Shown piece after piece: positions 38,536 through 47,664 of a stretch of DNA of 64,000 nucleotides (its first letter is position 1; each line of letters starts with the position of its first letter). A program made the translations under genes and the position numbers. This DNA is from Dehalococcoidia bacterium. Lineage in GTDB: Bacteria > Chloroflexota > Dehalococcoidia > Lucifugimonadales > SHYT01. The notes under the pieces were generated by a model. The model was not told the DNA's origin and ran no database searches. It saw nothing but the letters and a program-made list of their open reading frames with translations. The stretch covers positions 24,272 through 88,271 of the forward strand of contig SHYA01000006.1 in the NCBI GenBank assembly GCA_009693055.1. The letters are read 5' to 3'.

Positions 38536-39654
38536 CTACCGTTTCTTCTTCCCCAAAAACCGCTCTACACCGAACGGTTTTAGAGGCGCAGCCGTACCAC
38601 GCAGCAGGTAAGCAGCCAGCAGCTCTCCGGTCACAGGGGCCAGCAGAACGCCGTTCCGGAAGTGGCCGGTTGCCACCGCCAGCCCGTCGAGTCCGGGGAC
38701 GGGACCGAGAACGGGTTGCTCGTCCGGCGAAGCGGGCCGCAGGCCAGACCAGGTGTCTAGGAACGTGGCGCTGTCCAATGCCGGGAGGAGGCGCTTGGCG
38801 GACTCGAGCAGCATGCGGGTATTGCCTGCGGTGGCGCGGTTCTCAAACCCTGTCCACTCCTGTGTTGCCCCTACGAGCAGGGTGCCGTCGCGGCGTGGCA
38901 CCAGGTAGCCGGGCTGGCCGAACACGACGGTGCGGAGCGGCTGCGGGACGCACCGGAGCGACACCACCTGTCCGCGCACGGGCTGGATGTCCAGCGGGAC
39001 GCCTGCCCAGCGCGACAGCGCACCGCTCCAAGCCCCCGCGGCGAGCACCGTTGCCCCCGCGTGCCACTCGGAAGAGCCTGTCCGGACACCGGCCACGCGC
39101 CCTCCGTGCCGGACCAGGCCGTCAACAGCTACGCCGTAATGGAATGCGGCGCCCATTCTGGCGGCGGCCTGCGTTAAGGCCTCCACGAGCTTGGCGGGGT
39201 TCACCTGGCCCTCGGACGGGTGGAAGAGCGCGCCGAGCAGCGTGGGGTTAAGCAGGGGCTCGCGCTCCAGGGCAACAGCGCGGGGAAGCCATTGGAGTGC
39301 GGGGTTGTCCGGGGAAAGGCGCGTCTTGAGGGCTTGGGCGGCCTGGTCGCCGAAGGCCGGCACAAGGACGCCGCACGCTGAGTACTCGACGTCTACGCCG
39401 GACTCCTCCCGCAGCGTCTCCGCGAGCGTGGGGTAAAGGCGAAGGCTCTGGACTGCGAGATTCAGCATTGGCCCAGCGGGCAGCCCCTCGGCGGTGGGCA
39501 CCAGCATGCCGGCTGAGGCGCGGGAGGTGACGGCGCCGGGGTAGTCTCGCTCCAGCACGGTGACGGCGGCGCCGCGTCGCACGAGCGCGTGGGCGATGCT
39601 GCACCCGATGACTCCGGCGCCCACGATGAGCACGTCCGGGCGTTTTTCCGTCAT
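38536..39654 (-). CDS. thiO: FAD-dependent glycine oxidase (ThiO-like) / D-amino-acid oxidase family
   Basis: N-terminal DVLIVGAGVIGCSIA Rossmann motif, SRASAGMLVPTAEG and GHFRNGVLLAPVTG are typical of ThiO. Not adjacent to a THI element, so the role is an inference. Confidence 0.6.
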   Translation of the reverse strand: MTEKRPDVLIVGAGVIGCSIAHALVRRGAAVTVLERDYPGAVTSRASAGMLVPTAEGLPAGPMLNLAVQSLRLYPTLAETLREESGVDVEYSACGVLVPAFGDQAAQALKTRLSPDNPALQWLPRAVALEREPLLNPTLLGALFHPSEGQVNPAKLVEALTQAAARMGAAFHYGVAVDGLVRHGGRVAGVRTGSSEWHAGATVLAAGAWSGALSRWAGVPLDIQPVRGQVVSLRCVPQPLRTVVFGQPGYLVPRRDGTLLVGATQEWTGFENRATAGNTRMLLESAKRLLPALDSATFLDTWSGLRPASPDEQPVLGPVPGLDGLAVATGHFRNGVLLAPVTGELLAAYLLRGTAAPLKPFGVERFLGKKKR

Positions 39655-39676
39655 CTGCTCCTCTGTGGACCTTAGC

Positions 39677-40027
39677 CTACCGCAACGGGCGCGGCTGGTC
39701 TGAACGTTTGCCGGCGCATTCCGGGCACGGGCACGCCTCGCGAAGGACGTTATACGGGTAGATTCCCGTGGAGTGGAGGTCGCTCCACAGAAACTGGAGT
39801 GCGTAGCTCCCGATAGGCATGGAGTCCAGGGCCTGAACGTCTTCGGGGACGGTGCTCTCGTCCAGCCGCTTCGCGTGCGGCCACTCGCCGACGCAGGTGG
39901 CGCAGGCGCACCGAAGGCGAAGGAAGCGGTGAGGGTAGAGGCTGTGGTGGCCGTCGGGCCACGTGATGGCGATGCCTTCCGGAACGATGCGGACGTTCTT
40001 GGGGACCGGCGTCTGCTGCTGGGTCAT
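39677..40027 (-). CDS. DUF971 domain protein
   Basis: ITWPDGHHSLYPHRFLRLRCACATC... and FLWSD.HSTGIYPY patterns match the DUF971 / gamma-butyrobetaine hydroxylase N-terminal-like domain. Confidence 0.7.
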   Translation of the reverse strand: MTQQQTPVPKNVRIVPEGIAITWPDGHHSLYPHRFLRLRCACATCVGEWPHAKRLDESTVPEDVQALDSMPIGSYALQFLWSDLHSTGIYPYNVLREACPCPECAGKRSDQPRPLR

Positions 40028-40034
40028 GGCGTGG

Positions 40035-40664
40035 TTACTGGAGGACCGCGTTGATGAAGAAGGTCATGCCGCCTGCGGTCATGCTGCCGGTGATGCGCCT
40101 GGCGATGACGCCGTCGGCGTCAATAAACAGCGTGGTGGGCAGCCCGGTGACGGCGTACTCTTTGGCGATCTTGTCGCTCTTGTCCAGGCCAAGGGGGTAG
40201 GCCACGCCCATCTTTTCAGCCAACTTGCGCGCATCGCTCTCGGTGTCCCACAGCGCGACGCCGACGAACGCGACCTTGTCCTTGTGCGTTTGCCACGATT
40301 GCTCCAGGGCGGGCATTTCGGCGCGGCACGGAGCGCACCAGGAGGCCCAGAAGTTGAGGACAACCGGCCTGCCCCGAAGGCTGGCAAGGTCCAGCGTACT
40401 ACCGTCAAGGAGCACGAGTTGGAGTTCGGGAGCGGTTGCCCCACCCCACCGGTCGGCTGTCGCAGGTGTGGCGCTTTCAGGAGAGGAGGGGGGCGCTTCG
40501 ACCACCTCCTCCGGCGGAAGAGCGGTGGCTGAGGGGGCCACAGCCTGCTCAGAGTTCTGATCTGGAAGAGCGGGCATGGCCTGGCTTGCACTCGAGTTGG
40601 CAGAGCACGCCGCCAAGAGGGCGGCAAGGCTGCCTAAGGCCAGGACAAGGACTCTACGCACCAC
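40035..40664 (-). CDS. TlpA/ResA-like thiol:disulfide oxidoreductase lipoprotein
   Basis: Lipobox LLAACS. Thioredoxin fold with VVLNFWASWCAPCRAEMP. Confidence 0.8.
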   Translation of the reverse strand: MVRRVLVLALGSLAALLAACSANSSASQAMPALPDQNSEQAVAPSATALPPEEVVEAPPSSPESATPATADRWGGATAPELQLVLLDGSTLDLASLRGRPVVLNFWASWCAPCRAEMPALEQSWQTHKDKVAFVGVALWDTESDARKLAEKMGVAYPLGLDKSDKIAKEYAVTGLPTTLFIDADGVIARRITGSMTAGGMTFFINAVLQ

Positions 40665-40771
40665 AGTATCCTCCTCTGTCAGTATATCCCATCGGCACGA
40701 GGAGGCGCGTGAGGGACGTCGTGGGGGCCGGAGCCGTGCGGCGCGCCGATGGAATCAGCTAAAATGAGGAC

Positions 40772-41827
40772 ATGACACGGGAAAAGAATGGCGTTGCCCT
40801 GCCCCGCGTGTTTGTCGCCCGACGCATTGCGCCCGAGGCGCTGGCGATGCTGGACAACCAGGCCGAGGTTGAGGTCTGGGAAGGCGAGGCGCAGCCTCCG
40901 CGCGCTCTCCTGCTGAAGCAGGCCGCCTGCGCCGATGGCCTGCTCACCATGCTGACCGACCAGGTGGACACCGAGCTCCTGAGCGGCGCGCCGAGGCTAC
41001 GGGTGGTGAGCAACATGGCGGTGGGCTATGACAACATCCAGGTCTCCGAATGCACGCTCCGTGGTGTGCTGGTGGGGAATACGCCCGGCGTGCTGACCGC
41101 GACCTCAGCGGAGTTCACGTTCGCGCTGCTGATGGCGGCGGCTCGGCGCGTGGTGGAGGCGGACCGCTTTGTGCGCGAGGGGCGCTGGCGGCACTGGCAG
41201 CCGGACCTGCTGCTTGGGCGTGACCTGCACGGCGCCACGCTCGGCGTCGTGGGGCTTGGGGCGATCGGGCGCGAGGTGGCCGTCCGCGCGCGGGCTTTCG
41301 GCATGCGCGTCATCTACTGCTCCGCTCACCGCCATCCGGACGACGAGGCGCGCCACGGTCTGACGTGGGCGCCCGACCTGGGCGCCTTGCTCCGAGAGAG
41401 CGACTTCGTCACGCTCCACGTGCCCCTCAAGCCTGCGACGCACCACATGATTGGGCGGGAGCAGCTCCGGATGATGAGGCGGCACGCCGTCCTGGTGAAC
41501 ACCGCACGCGGGCCGGTGGTTGACCAGCGCGCTCTGTACGAGGCGCTGCGCGACGGCGTCATCGGGGGGGCCGCGCTGGATGTGGCCGAGGTGGAGCCGA
41601 TGCCGCCGGACGAGCCGCTGCTGAGCTTGCCGAACGTGGTGGTAGTGCCGCACATCGCCAGCGCAACCGTGGCGACGCGCACGCGCATGGCGGTCATGGC
41701 CGTCCAGAACCTGCTCGCGGGGCTACGCGGCGAGCCCATGCCGCACTGCGTTAACCCGGAGGCCCATAATGTCATTCTGAGCCTGCAGGCGAAGAATCGG
41801 CGGACCGCGCCGGGTGCCGCGCCATGA
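40772..41827 (+). CDS. D-2-hydroxyacid dehydrogenase (glyoxylate/hydroxypyruvate reductase-like)
   Basis: NAD-binding GVVGLGAIGREVA, the LVNTARG...D and PHIASAT catalytic region. The last ~20 codons are encoded by a repeat element (see findings). Confidence 0.8.
   Translation: MTREKNGVALPRVFVARRIAPEALAMLDNQAEVEVWEGEAQPPRALLLKQAACADGLLTMLTDQVDTELLSGAPRLRVVSNMAVGYDNIQVSECTLRGVLVGNTPGVLTATSAEFTFALLMAAARRVVEADRFVREGRWRHWQPDLLLGRDLHGATLGVVGLGAIGREVAVRARAFGMRVIYCSAHRHPDDEARHGLTWAPDLGALLRESDFVTLHVPLKPATHHMIGREQLRMMRRHAVLVNTARGPVVDQRALYEALRDGVIGGAALDVAEVEPMPPDEPLLSLPNVVVVPHIASATVATRTRMAVMAVQNLLAGLRGEPMPHCVNPEAHNVILSLQAKNRRTAPGAAP
41770..41797 (+). repeat. third copy of the GTCATTCTGAG...CGAAGAATC repeat, inside the 3' end of the dehydrogenase ORF
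   Basis: GTCATTCTGAG cctgcagg CGAAGAATC, translated as VILSLQAKN. Confidence 0.65.
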
Positions 41828-43116
41828 GGATTCTCGCCCTTGACGTCGGCCAGCAGCGCATCGGCACGGCCATCGGCGATACGCGCGGGGGGATCGCCAC
41901 GCCGGGGGATGCTCTCCTCAGGGTCAGCCGTGCCAAGGACGTGCAAGCGATCCTGGAACTGGTGCGCCGAGAGGGCGCCGAGCAGATTGTGGTCGGTGTC
42001 CCGTACCTGGCTGATAGGTCAGTAGGGGTGCGGGGTAGGGCGGTACTCGCCTTTGTTGAGGCGCTGCGCTCAGGCTCAGCTTTGCCGGTTGAGCTGTGGG
42101 ACGAGCGTTTTTCCACGGTGCAGGCGGAGGCGGGTCTGCGGGCGGCCGGCAGGCAGCCGTCCCGCGATCGGGCGCGCCTGGACTCGGCGAGCGCGGCGGT
42201 CGTCCTCCAAGGCTACCTGGACGCGCACCGCACAACCCCAAGCCGGAGCGGGGTGCAACAAGTGCGGCTTGGCATCATTGGCTATCCACTGCGCCACACG
42301 CTCTCGCCGGTGTTCCAGCAGGCGGCACTGGAGGCGTGTGGCATTGAAGGGCGGTACGAGGCGTGGGAAACCCCGCCCCAACACCTCGCGCAGCAGGTGA
42401 GGGAGCTGGCGGAGGCGGGTGTGCTGGGATTCAACGTCACCGTGCCGCACAAGGAGGCGGTCGGTGCGCTTCTGGACGAGCTGACCGGCCGGGCACGAGA
42501 GCTGGGCGCGGTGAATACAGTCGTGAACAGGGGCGGACGTCTCGTGGGCGACAACACGGATGGGGAGGGATTCCTTCGTGCGCTCAAGGACGACGGCGGC
42601 TTTGAGGTCAAGGGCGCGCCCGTCCTCGTCCTTGGGGCTGGGGGTGCTGCCCGCGCGGTGGTGTACTCGCTGGCGAAGGAGGGGGCCGCATTCATCGTCG
42701 TGGCCAACAGGACGGTGGGGCGGGCCGAGGCGCTGGTGGCGGGCCTGAAGGGGCACGTCGCGCGCACGGAGGCGGCGCCGCTCACGGAGACGGCGCTTCG
42801 CAGGGCGTTCAGGGCTGAGCCGCCGCTGCTCATCGTGAACTGCACCCCAATGGGGATGGCCTACGGGCCTGCGCCAGACCAGTCGCCACTGAGCGCCGGC
42901 CTCATCCCTCGAGGGGCGCTGGTGTATGACCTCGTGTACCGCCCCGCGGAGACCAGGTTGCTGCGGGAGGCTCGGCGTGCCGGAGCGCGAACCCTTGGCG
43001 GATTGCCCATGCTCATCTACCAGGGTGCGGCGGCGTTCCGTATTTGGACGGGCCGCGAGCCGCCCGTGGCGGTAATGCTCGCCGCTGCGCGGCAGGCGCT
43101 GGCTATGGAAGGGTGA
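41824..43116 (+). CDS. fusion protein: YqgF/RuvX-like nuclease domain + shikimate dehydrogenase AroE
   Basis: Residues 1-~145 are RuvX-like (MRILALDVGQQRIGTA...DERFST..A). Residues ~147-430 are AroE (GIIGYPLRHTLSP, NVTVPHK, NTDGEGF, GAGGAARA). No stop codon lies between them. ATGA overlap with the upstream gene. Confidence 0.8.
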   Translation: MRILALDVGQQRIGTAIGDTRGGIATPGDALLRVSRAKDVQAILELVRREGAEQIVVGVPYLADRSVGVRGRAVLAFVEALRSGSALPVELWDERFSTVQAEAGLRAAGRQPSRDRARLDSASAAVVLQGYLDAHRTTPSRSGVQQVRLGIIGYPLRHTLSPVFQQAALEACGIEGRYEAWETPPQHLAQQVRELAEAGVLGFNVTVPHKEAVGALLDELTGRARELGAVNTVVNRGGRLVGDNTDGEGFLRALKDDGGFEVKGAPVLVLGAGGAARAVVYSLAKEGAAFIVVANRTVGRAEALVAGLKGHVARTEAAPLTETALRRAFRAEPPLLIVNCTPMGMAYGPAPDQSPLSAGLIPRGALVYDLVYRPAETRLLREARRAGARTLGGLPMLIYQGAAAFRIWTGREPPVAVMLAAARQALAMEG

Positions 43117-43188
43117 AGCCGAGTTAGGGTACACTGGGCGAAACAAGCTGAAGCCGCACCGCTTGATAACGCGGGAAAGGAAACGGGC

Positions 43189-43524
43189 ATGGCGAAGTAC
43201 CTGATTGAGGCCACGTACTCGACCAAGGGCGTCACGGGTCTGCTCCAGGAGGGTGGTAAGGGGCGGCAAGGGGCGGTGGAGCAGGTGCTGAAGGGCTTGG
43301 GAGGAAAGCTGGAAGCCTACTATTTCGCGTTCGGCCCCGCCGACGTGTACAGCATCGTGGACCTGCCGGACAACGTGAGCGCATTGGCGCTCTCCGTGGC
43401 GGTGAACTCCACGGGTGCAGCCCACCTCAAGGTCACCGTCCTCATCACACCTGAGGAGATGGACAAGGCTACCAGGAAAGCGGTGGACTATCGCCCACCG
43501 GAGGGGAGACTTCCGTTCCCATAG
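43189..43524 (+). CDS. GYD domain protein (second copy in the window)
   Basis: MAKYLIEATYS...GPADVYSIVDLPD pattern and ~110 aa size. Confidence 0.7.
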   Translation: MAKYLIEATYSTKGVTGLLQEGGKGRQGAVEQVLKGLGGKLEAYYFAFGPADVYSIVDLPDNVSALALSVAVNSTGAAHLKVTVLITPEEMDKATRKAVDYRPPEGRLPFP

Positions 43525-43546
43525 CCTCGGCTAGGGAAGGAACGCT

Positions 43547-44725
43547 ATGTTACGGTTCTTGACGGCCGGGGAGTCCCACGGCCAAGCCCTGGTTGCGATC
43601 CTTGAGGGAGTCCCCGCCGGCCTCTCCGTTGACGAGGGGTACATCCGCGCCCAGCTCGAGCGGCGGCAGCAGGGCTATGGGCGCGGCGGCCGCATGAAGA
43701 TTGAGACCGACTACGCCCGCATTCTTGGCGGCGTGCGCCATGGGAAAACGCTCGGCTCGCCCATCGCCATGCTCATTGAGAACAAGGACTGGGCCAACTG
43801 GACCAAGCAGATGAGCGTTGTGCCCGTGGACGATCCGGGCGAGGCGGTGACCCGCCTGCGCCCCGGCCACGCAGACCTGGCGGGCGCGATGAAGTACGGC
43901 CAGGACGACGTGCGGAACGTGCTGGAGCGCGCCTCTGCACGGGAGAGCGCGGCCAGAGTGGCGGCGGGCGCCATTGCCCGCCGTTTCCTGGAAGAGATGG
44001 GCATCGCGCTCCACTCCCACGTTCTCGCCATCGGCGGCGTGTGGGCGAAGCCAAAGGAGCCGGTGGACTGGGAGCGCGTGGAGCGTTCGCCGGTCAGGTG
44101 CGCGGACGATGAGGCGGAGCCGCGGATGGTCAAGGCGATAGACGACGCGAAGGAGGCGGGGGACACCGTTGGGGGCGTGGTGGAGGTGGTGGCCGACGGC
44201 GCGCCTATCGGACTCGGTTCGTACATCCAGTGGGACCGCAAAATTGACGCCCGCGTGGCGTACGCCATCATGTCCATGAATGCAGTCAAGGCCGTCTCCA
44301 TCGGCGAGGGATGGGAGAGTGTGAACCTCCGCGGCTCCCAGGTCCACGATGTAATTCAGCCAGTGACCGACCCGCAACGCCCCTGGCAGCGCAGGACGAA
44401 CCGCTCCGGTGGGACGGAAGGCGGGATGACGAACGGGATGCCGCTGGTGGTGCGCTTCGCGGTCAAGCCGATCGCCACGCTGGCAAAGCCGCTCCCCTCC
44501 GTGGACCTTGTCACGGGTGAGGAGGTGCAGGCGCACTACGAGCGCTCCGACGTGTGCCAGGTGCCGCCCGCCGGCGTTATCGGCGAGGCGATGGTGGCGC
44601 TGGTGCTGGCCGAGGCGTTCCTGGAGAAGTTCGGCGGCGACCACCTGGAGGAGACCAGGAGGAACTATCGCGCGTACCTGAAGACCGTTGGCCCCCGCAA
44701 CCGTGCACGGGTGCGTGAGGACTGA
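43547..44725 (+). CDS. aroC: chorismate synthase
   Basis: [18 protein letters not shown] and [12 protein letters not shown] motifs. Confidence 0.9.
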   Translation: MLRFLTAGESHGQALVAILEGVPAGLSVDEGYIRAQLERRQQGYGRGGRMKIETDYARILGGVRHGKTLGSPIAMLIENKDWANWTKQMSVVPVDDPGEAVTRLRPGHADLAGAMKYGQDDVRNVLERASARESAARVAAGAIARRFLEEMGIALHSHVLAIGGVWAKPKEPVDWERVERSPVRCADDEAEPRMVKAIDDAKEAGDTVGGVVEVVADGAPIGLGSYIQWDRKIDARVAYAIMSMNAVKAVSIGEGWESVNLRGSQVHDVIQPVTDPQRPWQRRTNRSGGTEGGMTNGMPLVVRFAVKPIATLAKPLPSVDLVTGEEVQAHYERSDVCQVPPAGVIGEAMVALVLAEAFLEKFGGDHLEETRRNYRAYLKTVGPRNRARVRED

Positions 44726-44739
44726 GCGCCGGAGGCGCA

Positions 44740-45258
44740 ATGAACAAACACGTGTTCGCAGCGTTATACGAATACGGGGAATGGGCCAACGAGCGCCTGC
44801 TGACACTGGCCTCAAAGCTCACGCCGGAGCAGTTTCGCCGCCAGTACTCCAAGGGGTATCGGCCTATTCACGAAAACCTCGTGCACCTGCTGCAAGTGGA
44901 CTGGGCTTGGTACTTCGACTGGAGGGCCGAGCCGTTTCCCCGGTTTGGAGCGGAGCAACTGCCTTTGGTGGACGCCATCCGGGAAGCGTGGGCGCCGCTG
45001 ATCGCCAAGCGACGGGCGTTTCTCGCAGACCTGGGCGACCGGGAACTGACGCAGGAGATCCCCGGCAGGCGCCCCGGCGATACGTCGTCGCCGCTGCTGC
45101 TTTGGCAGGCGCTGCTCCAATGCGCCAACCATGGCATGCAGCACCGTGCTGAGATCGCCGCAATGCTCACCGATGCCGGCCATTCGCCAGGCGACCTTGA
45201 TTTCGCGTACTTTTGGCAGGAGCGGCAGGCTGCGAAGGGCACTGGCCGTCCGAGGTAA
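44740..45258 (+). CDS. DinB-family (four-helix bundle) protein
   Basis: YGEWANERLL...HLLQVDWAW...NHGMQHRAEI pattern, consistent with the His triad of DinB/YfiT-like proteins. Confidence 0.7.
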   Translation: MNKHVFAALYEYGEWANERLLTLASKLTPEQFRRQYSKGYRPIHENLVHLLQVDWAWYFDWRAEPFPRFGAEQLPLVDAIREAWAPLIAKRRAFLADLGDRELTQEIPGRRPGDTSSPLLLWQALLQCANHGMQHRAEIAAMLTDAGHSPGDLDFAYFWQERQAAKGTGRPR

Positions 45259-45356
45259 CCCGCAGTACTGTTTCCACGACACGCGGCTCGTGCTGGCGTT
45301 CCGTGCTCTATCTGTGGACATAAAACGGCAGACCTGACGAACGAGGAGCTAAGCGG

Positions 45357-47111
45357 ATGACTAGCCCGGCAAAACAGAGGCAGCGGCCCGGTCCGGAGCT
45401 CCTGGAGCTGCGGCGCCGGATGCGCCACTCAGCGTCGCACCTGATGGCGGACGCGGTGCTGGAGATGTTTCCTGAGGCCCACTTCGCCATCGGCCCGCCG
45501 ACGGAGGAGGGGTTCTACTACGACTTTGACGTGCCGCGCCCCTTCACACCGGAGGACCTGCAGCGCGTTGAGGAGACGATGCGCCGGCGCATAGCGGCTG
45601 ACCTGCCGTTTGCACGTGAGGTGTTGAGCCGCCAGGAGGCGCGAGAGCGCTTCGCCCGCCAGCCCTTCAAGCTGGCGATCATTGACGCCATCCCGGAAGG
45701 GGAGCCTCTCTCTGTCTATCGCCACGGAAACTTCGGGGACCTGTGTGAGGGGCCGCACGTGGCCTCAAGCGGCAAGGTGATCGCCTTCAAGCTGCTGAGC
45801 GTGGCCGGCGCCTACTGGCGCGGCGACGAGCGCAACCCCATGCTCCAGCGCATCTACGGCACCGCGTTTGAGTCGCAAGCACTCCTTGACGAGCACCTGA
45901 AGCGGCTGGAGGAGGCGCAGCGGCGCGATCACCGCAAGCTGGGGCAGGAGCTTGGCCTCTTTCTCTTCCACCCCATCGCGCCGGCGAGCCCGTTCTTCTT
46001 GCCCAAGGGCGCGGCCCTCTACAACACGCTGGTGGACTACGTGCGCGGCCTGTACCGCCAGCATGGCTACCAGGAAGTCATCACGCCGCAGATTTTTGAC
46101 ACGGAGCTTTGGAAGCGCTCCGGCCACTATCAGGCGTACTTGGAGAGCATGTACTTCACGCGCGTGGAGGAACGGGAGTTTGGCATAAAGCCCATGAACT
46201 GCCCGGCCCACGCGCTCATTTACGCCGCGCAGCTCCACTCCTACCGCGACCTGCCGGTGCGGCTGGCGGACTTTGGCAGGCTGCATCGGTACGAGCGTTC
46301 CGGTGTCACGCACGGCCTCACCCGGGTCCGCACGTTCTCGCAGGACGATGCCCACATCTTTTGCACGCCGGACCAGGTGGCGAATGAGGTGAAGGCGTTC
46401 GTAGGGTTGGTGCAGGGGACGTACCACCTCTTCCAGATTGACGACATGAGGATTGCGTTCTCGCTGAGGCCGGATAAGCGCGTGGGGACGGAGGAGATGT
46501 GGGACCGTGCCGAGGGCGCGATGCGGGAAGTGCTCAAAGGGCTTGATCTTCCGCACGAGGAGATGCCCGGCGAGGGCGCCTTCTACGGCCCGAAGATCGA
46601 CTTCTTCGTGGCCGATGCTCTGGGACGGGAATGGCAGCTCGGCACCATCCAGTTGGACTACAGCCTGCCGGAGCGGTTTGAGCTTGAGTACACGGCAGCG
46701 GACGGCTCGCGCCAGCGGCCCGTGGTGCTCCACCGCGCCATGTTCGGCAGCATTGAGCGGTTCCTTGGGGTCCTCATTGAGCACTTCGGCGGGGCGTTCC
46801 CGGTCTGGATCGCGCCGGTGCAGGCCGTGGTGGTGCCGATAGCGGAGCGACACGTGGCGTACGCGGAGCAGGTCCGAGCCACCCTGCACGGCGCGGGACT
46901 GCGCGTGGAATTGGACGGACGCAACGAGCGAATGCAGGCCAAGATACGGGACGCGCAGCTCCAGAAGGTGCCCTACATGCTGGTGGTGGGCGACCGGGAG
47001 GCCGCGGCAGGCGCTGTCGCCGTGCGCCTCCGCTCCGGCGAGGATAAGGGCGCTTTGCCCCTTGAGCGGGTCAAGGAGCTCATCCTGGAGGACGTGGCCA
47101 ACGGCCGCTAG
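45357..47111 (+). CDS. thrS: threonine--tRNA ligase (no N-terminal TGS domain)
   Basis: Editing-domain HSASHLMADA, class II motifs (FRDLPVRL-like YRDLPVRLADFG, GAFYGPKIDF) and a C-terminal anticodon-binding domain. 584 aa, starting about 20 aa before the editing domain. Confidence 0.9.
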   Translation: MTSPAKQRQRPGPELLELRRRMRHSASHLMADAVLEMFPEAHFAIGPPTEEGFYYDFDVPRPFTPEDLQRVEETMRRRIAADLPFAREVLSRQEARERFARQPFKLAIIDAIPEGEPLSVYRHGNFGDLCEGPHVASSGKVIAFKLLSVAGAYWRGDERNPMLQRIYGTAFESQALLDEHLKRLEEAQRRDHRKLGQELGLFLFHPIAPASPFFLPKGAALYNTLVDYVRGLYRQHGYQEVITPQIFDTELWKRSGHYQAYLESMYFTRVEEREFGIKPMNCPAHALIYAAQLHSYRDLPVRLADFGRLHRYERSGVTHGLTRVRTFSQDDAHIFCTPDQVANEVKAFVGLVQGTYHLFQIDDMRIAFSLRPDKRVGTEEMWDRAEGAMREVLKGLDLPHEEMPGEGAFYGPKIDFFVADALGREWQLGTIQLDYSLPERFELEYTAADGSRQRPVVLHRAMFGSIERFLGVLIEHFGGAFPVWIAPVQAVVVPIAERHVAYAEQVRATLHGAGLRVELDGRNERMQAKIRDAQLQKVPYMLVVGDREAAAGAVAVRLRSGEDKGALPLERVKELILEDVANGR

Positions 47112-47148
47112 GCCAACGGCCACAGCGTCCTGTGCGGGACGGGAACGC

Positions 47149-47544
47149 TTAGAGGGCCTCTATTGCCGCTTTGGCGATGTCCTCGTCCTGCTGAGCCGTG
47201 GCGCCGCTGACTCCGATGCCGCCGATCCGCTCCCCGTCTTTCATGATAGGCAGTGCCCCCTGGACAAAGAACAGCCGCCCCTGGTTCATCTGGTTCAGGG
47301 TCTGGAATACGGGGGACGCGGCCTGCTCGGTGAAGGCGCTGCTTGGTTGGCCGAACATTGCGGAGACCATGGCTTTGCCCCGGGCGACGTCCGGAGTCAA
47401 GTGCAGCGCCTTGTCCATACGGATCAAGGCTACTATGTCGCCCCTGGTGTCCACGACGCAGACGCTGACGATGACGCTCATGCTCTTCGCTTTGGTCTCG
47501 GCCGCCCGGATGAGCTTCTCTGCCTGGTGCAACGCAATGGTCAT
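47149..47544 (-). CDS. GlcG/HbpS-like (DUF336) heme-binding protein
   Basis: 131 aa with the GGIGVSGA motif and overall DUF336 pattern. Confidence 0.75.
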   Translation of the reverse strand: MTIALHQAEKLIRAAETKAKSMSVIVSVCVVDTRGDIVALIRMDKALHLTPDVARGKAMVSAMFGQPSSAFTEQAASPVFQTLNQMNQGRLFFVQGALPIMKDGERIGGIGVSGATAQQDEDIAKAAIEAL

Positions 47545-47620
47545 CTCCCCCTCCTACGTGCGATTGGCTTGAGTCCGCCCCTAGAGTAGTGGCTTGCTCG
47601 GTATCTGTCCATGAGCTTTG

Positions 47621-47653
47621 CTGAAAAGGAGGGGCGATTCATGAATCGCCCCT
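47621..47653 (-). terminator. intrinsic terminator after lutC (perfect palindrome)
   Basis: GGGGCGATT catg AATCGCCCC at 47631-47652. On the minus strand it is followed by TCCTTTTC. Confidence 0.55.
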
Positions 47654-47664
47654 ACAGCGCCGTA

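Noticed and set aside
45259-45356. T-box or operator-like leader upstream of thrS (and likewise upstream of cysS, 30156-30174)
   Set aside because: These regions are far too short for a T-box (about 100 nt and about 20 nt) and show no specifier or T-box sequence. cysS is simply co-transcribed with ispDF.
42076-47123. Long minus-strand ORFs 42076..43425, 43550..44815 and 45765..47123
   Set aside because: Each lies antisense to a confidently identified gene (ruvX-aroE, aroC, thrS). Their composition is dominated by R/A/G/P/H, which is typical of non-coding frames in G+C-rich sequence.
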